Shown: piece after piece, positions 1 to 8,240 of the stretch
How the letters are laid out: every line of letters begins with the position of its first letter
Numbering within the stretch: position 1 is the first letter of the stretch
Source of the DNA: Myxococcota bacterium
GTDB taxonomy: Bacteria; Myxococcota_A; UBA9160; SZUA-336
Direction of reading: 5' to 3'
Assembly: GCA_965247115.1 (NCBI GenBank)
Contig: CBDFGR010000002.1
Span: 864,001-928,000, forward strand
DNA length: 64,000 bases
Notes under the pieces: generated by a model
Databases searched by the model: none
Told to the model about the DNA's origin: nothing
The model's input: the letters and a program-made list of their open reading frames with translations, nothing else
Position numbers and translations under genes: made by a program

Positions 1-544
1 CGCTCTGCGCGTCGATGAGCAGGAGCGGATTGGTCTGGACCTCGCGTTCGATCGGCTGCCAGGCGGTATACCAGGCGAAATCGCAGCGCTCAGCCTCGGC
101 ATCGCTGATGACTCCCCTCTCTACCATGAAATTTTGCGCCATCTGCCGCGCGTTCTCTGCACTGTAATCGGAGTGGACGTAGCGTGCGTAGGTGCTGTTG
201 AACTCGGTGGGGTTCTCTGTGCGCACCGAGTGGCGATAGAACTCGACGTGGGCCGGCTGAGTCAGGCGCCGGATCAGGGCCTCGATCTCCGGGTAGTAGA
301 CACGCCTCACTTCGCCGTCGTCACGGAAGTTCCGAACACGGCTGCTGTGCGGAACCAGAGCGAAGCCGTGCCTATCGAGGTCGAGCTCCCCGCGCTCCGC
401 CAGGGGACGAGCGCTCGAGACCTCGACGGTGTGAAAGCTCGTGTAGGCTCTCCGCGTCTCCTTGGACCAGATCCTCGGAATCTCGGCGCGCCCTCGCCAC
501 TCCGGATTCAGGTAGCGGACGTTCGCTTTGACACGCTCCAGCAT
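1..544 (-). CDS. CmcJ/NvfI-family (Fe/2-oxoglutarate-type) oxidoreductase, 3' end runs off the window
   Basis: Manual translation from ATG 544, open to base 1: MLERVKANVRYL...LDLDRHGFALVPH...YYPEIEALIRRLT...YVHSDYS...WQPIEREVQTNPLLLIDAQS. Has the HxD motif and the W-x-P...PL...DA signature. GGGAGG lies upstream. Not in the ORF track. Confidence 0.75.
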   Translation of the reverse strand, partial: MLERVKANVRYLNPEWRGRAEIPRIWSKETRRAYTSFHTVEVSSARPLAERGELDLDRHGFALVPHSSRVRNFRDDGEVRRVYYPEIEALIRRLTQPAHVEFYRHSVRTENPTEFNSTYARYVHSDYSAENARQMAQNFMVERGVISDAEAERCDFAWYTAWQPIEREVQTNPLLLIDAQS

Positions 545-619
545 CCGACGATCCTCCCTGTTGGCCCCCCATTCTAGCGGGTCGGCTGCGCGAGGCACCA
601 GAGGAGGGGGCGCGGTGAT

Positions 620-1147
620 TCACGGCCCGGCGTCGAGACGATGCAACGTGTCGCTGTGGGTAAACTCACCATCTGGGATCGGCTCGGCATCGGGGTCCAG
701 CGCCGGGTTCACGCCGGGAGGGAACACCGCCCCCTTGCTACTCACCGTTGCTGTTTGAAGCTCCTTGTCGAACTTTATGACGTATGTGGCCGCGCCCACT
801 CCGGCGAACGTGCCATCCTCCGGTCGGAAATCGATGTCGACTGCCTTGGCAGTAATCTCTCGTTCTCCGGTCTCTTTCCAGGAACCCAAGGCATTACTGA
901 ACCGCAGGCCAGCGGCCCCGCCGCTGAACTGGATCGAAAGGGTCATGCTCAGGTTGCCGTCCTCACTGATTTGCAGAATCTGTGCTGAATCCTTCTGGAC
1001 TCCTACGTAGGTGCCGGCAATCTTCTTGCCGAGACCGGCTTCGTTGTCAGCCAAGGCCGGGGCCGCGTGGCTCAGCCAAGCGGCCACGGCAAGGAGTGCC
1101 AGGCCCGGCATGGTCACGAAGAAGCTACGAGACGCCAGCATATGCAT
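620..1147 (-). CDS. Secreted hypothetical protein (beta-strand rich)
   Basis: 175-aa ORF with signal-peptide-like N-terminus (..LALLAVAAWLSHAAPALA) and GGGAG upstream. Confidence 0.65.
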   Translation of the reverse strand: MHMLASRSFFVTMPGLALLAVAAWLSHAAPALADNEAGLGKKIAGTYVGVQKDSAQILQISEDGNLSMTLSIQFSGGAAGLRFSNALGSWKETGEREITAKAVDIDFRPEDGTFAGVGAATYVIKFDKELQTATVSSKGAVFPPGVNPALDPDAEPIPDGEFTHSDTLHRLDAGP

Positions 1148-1313
1148 TCTTGATCTCCCTACCCGTAGATGGCGTTAAGCAATCGCAGGGTTCTGTGCGG
1201 TGTACTGCAACATCATAGCCGGAGCAGTCATCCCAACGGTGAAGAGGGTGCCAGCGTGGGTGGACGCAGCACGGGCCGCCGTATAGCCTGGTCCTAGATA
1301 GCAGGGAGACGCG

Positions 1314-2480
1314 ATGACCTACGCTGGACACTTGGAGGTCTACGACGCCGACAGCCACATCATGGAGCTGCCGGACTTCCTCACCGACTATGTTGAGGCT
1401 GACCTGCGCGCCCGGCTCGGGACCACCGACCTGGAGAACATGCCACCAATCCGCGAGTCGATCGATGACATCATCGCGCGCGGTCACAGGCATAGCCCCG
1501 AGCACGTCGCCGAGATCCTCGAGATGGGGGACGGCCTGCTGCGGGGTCCTCGCAATCATGACTCCGTCGGTGCCTTCAACCCGGACGAGCGGCGGCAGGT
1601 GCTGGACATTCTCGGCTTCAGGAAGCAGCTGATTTTCGGGTCCATCGGCTTCTCTCCGGCCCTGTCCCCGAATCGGGACGTCGATTTTCAGTACCGCGCG
1701 GCGAGGGCCTTCAATCGGGCCCTCTCAGACTTCACGCGAGGCGATGGCCGCCTGATGGGTGTGGGCGCCATTGCGCTCGACGATCCCGATCGCGCGACGG
1801 ACGAGCTCGACTTCCTGCTGCAGCAGCCCGGGCTGGCCACGGTGATGATTCCCCACCGCCACTGCGGCGGTCGGTCACCGGGCCACGATGACCTGGATCC
1901 GTTCTGGGCGCGACTGCAGGAGGCGCGCGTCCCCTTTGTCCTGCACGTCGGGGGCGATCCGATTCAGGTCGAGCCCGCCTGGATGAATACGGGCCGCCTC
2001 AAACCCACCGACTGGTTCGGCGGCGGCGAGAACGTGCGCGGGAAAGACATCGTCGTGCTCAATCACGCGCCCGAGATGTTCCTGACCGCGATGATCATGG
2101 ACGGCGTGTTCGAGCGCTTCCCCAGCCTGACGGGCGCGGTCGTCGAGCTCGGCGCCGGCTGGGTGCCCGCTTTTGTGACCAAGATGGACTGGGCGGTCGA
2201 CATCTGGAAGAAGACCGAGCCCGAGCTGGCCAAGCTCTCACGAAAACCATCGGAGACGATCTCGTCGCAGCTGGCCTTCACGCCGTTCGTCTACGAGGAC
2301 GTGGGGGAGCTGATTCGCCAGTCGAACGCCGACCTGTACCTGTTCTCGAGCGACTACCCGCACGCCGAGGGAGGCCGCAACCCGCTCGGGCGCTTCGGAC
2401 GAACTCTGGCCGAGACCGCGGAGGCGGATCGCCAGAAATTCTACTCGGAGAACTTCAAGCGAGTCTTCCCACTCGCGTAG
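1314..2480 (+). CDS. Amidohydrolase family protein (Amidohydro_2-like)
   Basis: DADSH metal motif, GVFERFPSL...VELGAGW, FSSDYPHAEG; RBS GGGAG. Confidence 0.9.
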   Translation: MTYAGHLEVYDADSHIMELPDFLTDYVEADLRARLGTTDLENMPPIRESIDDIIARGHRHSPEHVAEILEMGDGLLRGPRNHDSVGAFNPDERRQVLDILGFRKQLIFGSIGFSPALSPNRDVDFQYRAARAFNRALSDFTRGDGRLMGVGAIALDDPDRATDELDFLLQQPGLATVMIPHRHCGGRSPGHDDLDPFWARLQEARVPFVLHVGGDPIQVEPAWMNTGRLKPTDWFGGGENVRGKDIVVLNHAPEMFLTAMIMDGVFERFPSLTGAVVELGAGWVPAFVTKMDWAVDIWKKTEPELAKLSRKPSETISSQLAFTPFVYEDVGELIRQSNADLYLFSSDYPHAEGGRNPLGRFGRTLAETAEADRQKFYSENFKRVFPLA

Positions 2481-2556
2481 ATCGGCTGTGCTCCAGCGCG
2501 ACTCTGAGCACTCGCCCTGCTCAGTCCGTCACGAATTACCAGATCGTGCGTCATTG

Positions 2557-4581
2557 TCAGCTGTCTCTTCGCTCCAGCTCGAAGTGATCGAGAAACCACC
2601 CGATATATCTCGTGGTTGCATCAATCACCTCCGGAAACGTGCGGACGCCGTGGGTGGCGGTCGGGTACGTTGCGAGCACGGATTCGACGCCTTGCTCAAG
2701 CAGTGAGCGGTGAAATTCGAGCGCCTGCGTCGGGGGCGTGCTTTGGTCGAGCCTGCCCGTCAGCTGCAGCGTCGGCGTCTTTACGTTTGCAGTCAACATC
2801 GCCGGGCTCCGATCGAAGAACTTGCCGCCCTTATAGGCACTGTCCGCCAGAAACAGCTCGTCAAAGAAGGGAATCTGCGACGTGCGGTGCTGGCTATACC
2901 AGTTGGCGACACAGGAAATGGGCACAGCTGCGGCGAAACGATCGTCTTGGGTGATCAGCCAGGCGGACATGAAGCCGCCGTAACTGATTCCCGTAACGCC
3001 GAGGCGATCGGGATCGGCGATCTCCTGCTCCACCATCGCATCGCAACCCGTCAGATAGTCATAGGTGTCTTCGCCGCCCATGTCGCCTTTTACGAGGCGC
3101 GCGAAGTCCTGGCCCCGACCGCTGGAACCGCGAGGATTCGGATACAGCGACGCGATGCCGTGATCGGCCAACACCTTCGCTCCGCCCAAGCGTCCCACCC
3201 ATCGATTGCGGCATTGCCACACCGGGCCGCCGTGGATATCCACAACGAGCGGGAACGGTCCGGCGCCTTCGGGACGAACGAGCCACCCCTGGATTTCGAG
3301 CCCGTCTCGCGCCATCCAGGTCACTGGCTCCGCACCCGCTTGACTGAACGCGGCGTCGCCGCTCCTCTGGCTGGTAAATGACGTCAACACCTTGTACTTC
3401 CCGCCAGATAACTCCACGAGTTCCGGCGCGACATCGTATGACTCACCAATGCCCAGCGCTGCGCCATTCGGTGCTGGCCACACGGATGGATACCAATCGC
3501 CGATCGTTCGATCGGTGCCGCACCAGTGTGTGGTGATTTGTTCGTCACTGACCGAGTACTCTCCAACGACCGTATCGAAGCCGCACTGGCCCGCGTAGAG
3601 CAGGTGGTCGTCATCACGCCAGATCGTGTGCGTCACTTCGACACTGTCCGTATCGACAACACTGACTTTTCCCGAGATCGTATCGATCAGCTTCAACGTA
3701 CCGCAAACGATCATCCGATCACTGCAGACAGCTTCAACGATGCACGCATACGTGCCAGACGGTGAAGCCGCTGGCCAGCCGAGCTGATCTTCGGAAACAA
3801 ACACCGGTCGCAGATTGGCGCCGTCCAGATCGTGACGGATCAGCTTGGACTGATACCAGGATCCTTCGCTATGCGAATCGGATACGACCGACATTATCGC
3901 GTCGTTACCCAGCCAGGTCGCCTCCCAGTAGTTGAGCTCTTCTCGTGAGACCTTCTCCGTCTTGCCCGAGGCGAGCTCATGAACGTAGATGCTGCGCCAA
4001 AGATTCTCGGCATCCCCCGTATCGATCTCCGGCATCCAGTCGGGCAACTCTTCTGCTTTTACCGCAATGGTCCCACCGCCCTGGCAACCTGCCAGGTCGG
4101 CGCCGAAGCCTGCAACACCGAGCAATACTCGCGTGCCGTCCGGTGACCAGTGCAAATACTCGACAAGACCATCGATGGGCGGCGCTTCGCTTGCCTGATC
4201 CAGCGCATCGCTTCTGGCCAGGTAGAGCTGATGATTGCCGGCGCCCCGGCGATCGGAGAGGAACGCGAGCCACTGTCCGTCAGGCGACCAGCGTGGCAAC
4301 CGGTCGCTGTTGTCGGGACAGGGCAGAACGGTCACCGCGCTCGTACCAAGCTCGACCAGGCAGATCCGGGTGATCGGCGATGATGCAAGGTCCTTGAAAA
4401 TTGTTCCGGTTAGTGCCGCGCGCTGGCCGTTTGGCTCCACACACACATCCGCCGCATCGGACACAACGCTGTCACCCGGTGCGTGAATTGCTCGGAAATA
4501 ATCTTCAACCTCTTGGTAGAGCTCCGATTGTCGGATATCGCGATTCATCGACGGTCTCCTCATTTGCGCCTCGGCACGCAA
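2557..4581 (-). CDS. S9 family peptidase (acylaminoacyl/dipeptidyl peptidase), beta-propeller plus alpha/beta hydrolase
   Basis: WSPDG propeller repeats, IHGGP, NPRGSSGRG, nucleophile GISYGG, C-terminal Asp/His; exact start uncertain. Confidence 0.9.
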   Translation of the reverse strand: MRAEAQMRRPSMNRDIRQSELYQEVEDYFRAIHAPGDSVVSDAADVCVEPNGQRAALTGTIFKDLASSPITRICLVELGTSAVTVLPCPDNSDRLPRWSPDGQWLAFLSDRRGAGNHQLYLARSDALDQASEAPPIDGLVEYLHWSPDGTRVLLGVAGFGADLAGCQGGGTIAVKAEELPDWMPEIDTGDAENLWRSIYVHELASGKTEKVSREELNYWEATWLGNDAIMSVVSDSHSEGSWYQSKLIRHDLDGANLRPVFVSEDQLGWPAASPSGTYACIVEAVCSDRMIVCGTLKLIDTISGKVSVVDTDSVEVTHTIWRDDDHLLYAGQCGFDTVVGEYSVSDEQITTHWCGTDRTIGDWYPSVWPAPNGAALGIGESYDVAPELVELSGGKYKVLTSFTSQRSGDAAFSQAGAEPVTWMARDGLEIQGWLVRPEGAGPFPLVVDIHGGPVWQCRNRWVGRLGGAKVLADHGIASLYPNPRGSSGRGQDFARLVKGDMGGEDTYDYLTGCDAMVEQEIADPDRLGVTGISYGGFMSAWLITQDDRFAAAVPISCVANWYSQHRTSQIPFFDELFLADSAYKGGKFFDRSPAMLTANVKTPTLQLTGRLDQSTPPTQALEFHRSLLEQGVESVLATYPTATHGVRTFPEVIDATTRYIGWFLDHFELERRDS

Positions 4582-4688
4582 CCACCAGCATTTTAGTCAC
4601 CGATAAATTCGGGACGCAACGCCGCGATCCCACGCCAGTATCCTCAGTTTAATGGGAAGATCGAATTAGCGGGAATGAGCGAGGAGGG

Positions 4689-5465
4689 ATGAGTTTGGAA
4701 CGGTTCGACATCCAGGGTCGCCATGTGGTCGTGACCGGCGCATCGTCCGGGTTTGGGCATCACTTTGCTGGCCTACTCGCAGGATTGGGTGGTCGTGTCT
4801 CCTTGGGCGCTCGTCGTGTCGATCGGCTGCAAGAACGGGTTGAAGAGATCCGCGCTCTCAGGGGCGAAGCTGCGCCATTCGAGCTGGACGTGACCCGGCG
4901 CGACAGTATCGAGACGTTTCTCAACGCCGCAACCGACACGTTCGGACCGATCGACGTGCTCATCAACAACGCCGGCGTTCAAGCGGGCGCCAAGACGTTC
5001 ACCATGATCGATGAGGAGGATTGGGATTTCGTGCTGGACACCAACCTCAAGGGACCGTGGATGACAAGCCAGTCGTACACGCAGCGAGTCATCGATGGTG
5101 GTTGGGGCGGTGGCAACATCATCAATGTCTCATCGATTACCGATACGCGAACCATCAAAGGTCAGTTTCCTTACGCCGTCTCGAAAAGCGGTCTCACACG
5201 CATGACCGAGGTCATGGCGCTGGAGGCGGCGCGCTACAGAATTCGGGTCAATGCGCTGGCGCCGGGCTACGTTCTAACCGACGTCACGCGGGTACTGCTG
5301 GAAAGCGACCAGGCCGACAACTTCGTCAAGGGCATTCCCATGCGGCGGCTTGGAGAGTTCGAGGACCTAGACGGTCCCTTGTTGTTGCTGGTGTCCGATG
5401 CCTCCTCCTACATGACCGGGTCGGTGATAGTCATCGACGGAGGTCACATTTGCGCTTCGCTGTGA
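4689..5465 (+). CDS. SDR family oxidoreductase
   Basis: TGASSGFG, NNAG, YAVSK; RBS GAGGAGG. Confidence 0.92.
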   Translation: MSLERFDIQGRHVVVTGASSGFGHHFAGLLAGLGGRVSLGARRVDRLQERVEEIRALRGEAAPFELDVTRRDSIETFLNAATDTFGPIDVLINNAGVQAGAKTFTMIDEEDWDFVLDTNLKGPWMTSQSYTQRVIDGGWGGGNIINVSSITDTRTIKGQFPYAVSKSGLTRMTEVMALEAARYRIRVNALAPGYVLTDVTRVLLESDQADNFVKGIPMRRLGEFEDLDGPLLLLVSDASSYMTGSVIVIDGGHICASL

Positions 5466-5504
5466 AGGGCGGCGTGGCAACCCCTCCCCTTGCTCCATCG
5501 CCCC

Positions 5505-5900
5505 TCAGAGCGCCTTGACACCTGCCTCGGCGATCGCCAGGTCGTCCTCCTCGGGAGCACCGCTCACCCCGATTGCCCCGATCATCTTGTCGCCCTGACG
5601 CAGCGGAAGCGCGCCCTTGGCCACCATGAGGCGGCCGCCGCGCATCGTGCTCGCCGCCCGGAACTAGTTCTCGTCTTTGAAGCCATCCAGATCCGCACCC
5701 GAGGCGGAGAAGCTCGCCGACGTGTACGCCAGGCCGTAGGCGAGATCGAAGTTCATGCCGCCGGCCCCTTCCATGCGGCCGATTGCCGAGATATCGCCGG
5801 CGCTGTCAACCACGACGATAGTCACAGGCGTTCCAATCTCCTTGCCCTTGGCAAGCGCTCCGTTGACCACGGTTTGCGCCTGAGCAGATGTAATAGACAT
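5505..5900 (-). pseudogene. GlcG/HbpS-like heme-binding protein interrupted by an in-frame TAG (5664-5666)
   Basis: N-terminal half has VTIVVVDSAG..GRMEGA. The same frame continues past the TAG as FRAASTMRGGRLMVAKGALPLRQGDKMIGAIGVSGAPEEDDLAIAEAGVKAL* (GAIGVSG...D signature), TGA at 5505-5507. 131 codons in total. Confidence 0.75.
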
Positions 5901-6047
5901 GACGGTCCTCCCTTGAAATAGGGCCTTAGTAGGTCATCGAACACCGCAGAGGTCAAGAGGGAATAGCGACGGCGACATCATCCAGCGACCCTGATACGCT
6001 CGTCAGAGCCCAACGAACTGCCTTGAACTCCCTTCCGTTGGAGGTGC

Positions 6048-8135
6048 GTGATGGAAGCTAACGTGGTCAGGCCTACCACTGGCGAGAGACGTCTTCGACG
6101 GATCCTGGTTGCGGGGCTCTGCTTGGGTCTCCTCTCAACACAATCAAAAGAGGTCCGGGCCCAGCAGTCGACGACACATGGTGAATGGCGTAGCTACGCG
6201 AGCGACAAGGCAAACACGAAGTACACGCCTCTGGACCAGATCGATCGTGACAACGTCGGTACGCTTCGCGTTCTCTGGCGCCGGCCAGGCGTGGATCCCA
6301 AGCTCACCCAAGCGTTCCCTGACCTGAACCCATACAACGGTTTCCAGTCAACGCCGCTCATGATTGGCGGCGTACTCTACACATCGAACAGCATCGGATT
6401 GGTGGAAGCGATCGATCCCGGGACCGGCGAGACGCTCTGGATTCAGGAGCCGCTCCATGAGGGATTTCGGGGCATGGCCGGGGTTAGCACACGGGGGGTC
6501 GCTCACTGGAGCAACGGCTCGAGCCGGCGAATCTTCTCGGTGCGAGGCGACTATCTCGTGTCGATGAGCGCGGAGACGGGGAGCCTGGATCGGGACTTTG
6601 GCGACGAGGGGAAGGTGCATCTGAAGAGACCCGGCCCCAGGGGGCCGTTTCCCGCCGGCGGGACGTCAGGCCCTATCGTCGTGGCCGATGTGATCGTCGT
6701 CGGCGGCGGCCGCGGCGACGATTTTCCTGTGCTGAAGGAGTCCGCTGCTGAGGATATCCGCGCCTATGACGTGCGGACCGGCCGTCTGCGCTGGACCTTC
6801 CATGTGGTGCCGCGGACGGGCGAGTTCGGATCCGAGACGTGGGAAGACGACTCCTGGAAGATCGGCGGGGGCATCGGCGCCTGGCCGCCCCTCACCGTGG
6901 ATGAGGAGCTGGGCTACGTCTATCTGCCGCTATCGTCCCCCATGCACAGCTTCTACGGCGGCCACCGGCCGGGACAGAATCTCTACGGCAACAGCCTTGT
7001 GTGCCTCGACGCCAGGACCGGCGAGCGGGTGTGGCACTACCAGCTCGTGCGTCATGACCTGTGGGACTACGATCTGGCGTCGGCGCCGGTGCTCGGCGAC
7101 ATCACCGTCGCTGGGAAGCCCATCAAGGCGGTGATGCAGATCACCAAGCACGGCTTCCTGTTCGTATTCGACCGCGTGACGGGGGAGCCCGTGTGGCCGA
7201 TCGAAGAGCGGCCGGTGCCCGCATCCACAACGCCGGGGGAGAAGGCGTGGCCCACCCAGCCTTTCCCGACCAAGCCAGCCCCGTTCGACCGCCAGGGGCT
7301 TACCGTCGACGATCTGATCGACTTCACGCCGGAGCTACGAGCCGAGGCGCTCGAGATCGTCAAGCCGTACGTGCTCGGGCCGCTCTTCACGCCGCCGTCG
7401 GTGGCGGCTCCGGGCCATACCCAAGGTACGATCAGCGTTCCCGGCGCGTCTGGTGCCGGGAACTGGAACGGTGGGGCATTCGACCCCGAGACGGGCATCT
7501 TCTATGTCGCCTCGCACACGCACCCGTGGGTGAACGATCTCGTCAGGCCCCCAGCGTTGGTCGAGGCGACAACGCCGTACACCCATGGGCCAGCGGCGGA
7601 GGGTCCCCCCGAATACACTCGCCCTTCTTTCGAGCGCCCGCAGGATCTCATGAAGCTTCTTGGCTCCGTGAGTGACGGAGATCCGAGTGACGGCGGAGAT
7701 CAGTACTTTATCTATGGTCCGGGCGGTCTCCCGCTCGTCAAGCCGCCCTATGGGCGCATTACTGCGATCGATCTCAACTCCGGCGAGCACGTGTGGGTCG
7801 CCCCCAATGGAGACGGGCCGCGCAACCACCCGCGCTTGCGGCACCTGAACCTGCCGCCCCTGGGACAGCAGGGCCGAGCGGCGCCTCTCCTCACGAAGAC
7901 GCTGCTCTTCATCGGTGAGGGCGACCCGGTCATAATTTCGACCCCTAGAGGGGGTGGAGGAAACAAGTTTCGCGCCTACGACAAGGCCACGGGCGACGTC
8001 GTGTGGGAGACCGAACTCGCTGCAGGAACCACAGGTGCGCCGATGAGCTACCTGTGGAACGGCAAGCAGTACATCGTGGTTGCCATCGGGGGCGTGGATC
8101 ACGCCGCCGAGTGGGTGGCGCTGGGTCTCCCCTGA
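6048..8135 (+). CDS. PQQ-dependent dehydrogenase (quinoprotein glucose dehydrogenase-like, periplasmic)
   Basis: Signal peptide, YTPLDQIDRDNV, HDLWDYDL, KPPYGRITAIDL, GAPMSY..GKQYIVVA; start approximate. Confidence 0.9.
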   Translation: MMEANVVRPTTGERRLRRILVAGLCLGLLSTQSKEVRAQQSTTHGEWRSYASDKANTKYTPLDQIDRDNVGTLRVLWRRPGVDPKLTQAFPDLNPYNGFQSTPLMIGGVLYTSNSIGLVEAIDPGTGETLWIQEPLHEGFRGMAGVSTRGVAHWSNGSSRRIFSVRGDYLVSMSAETGSLDRDFGDEGKVHLKRPGPRGPFPAGGTSGPIVVADVIVVGGGRGDDFPVLKESAAEDIRAYDVRTGRLRWTFHVVPRTGEFGSETWEDDSWKIGGGIGAWPPLTVDEELGYVYLPLSSPMHSFYGGHRPGQNLYGNSLVCLDARTGERVWHYQLVRHDLWDYDLASAPVLGDITVAGKPIKAVMQITKHGFLFVFDRVTGEPVWPIEERPVPASTTPGEKAWPTQPFPTKPAPFDRQGLTVDDLIDFTPELRAEALEIVKPYVLGPLFTPPSVAAPGHTQGTISVPGASGAGNWNGGAFDPETGIFYVASHTHPWVNDLVRPPALVEATTPYTHGPAAEGPPEYTRPSFERPQDLMKLLGSVSDGDPSDGGDQYFIYGPGGLPLVKPPYGRITAIDLNSGEHVWVAPNGDGPRNHPRLRHLNLPPLGQQGRAAPLLTKTLLFIGEGDPVIISTPRGGGGNKFRAYDKATGDVVWETELAAGTTGAPMSYLWNGKQYIVVAIGGVDHAAEWVALGLP

Positions 8136-8240
8136 GGGGCCAAGATCACGCAGCACGAGACGGGGTGGGATGATCACGCCGACCGCTCACTAGCTGCAGG
8201 CGCCCGCCTCGGGAACGTCCATCGAAGTCGGAGGTCAGTC

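Noticed and set aside
134..577. 147-aa plus-strand ORF
   Set aside because: Antisense shadow of the CmcJ/NvfI-like gene; no motifs.
5490..5921. 143-aa plus-strand ORF
   Set aside because: Antisense to the amber-interrupted GlcG-like gene.
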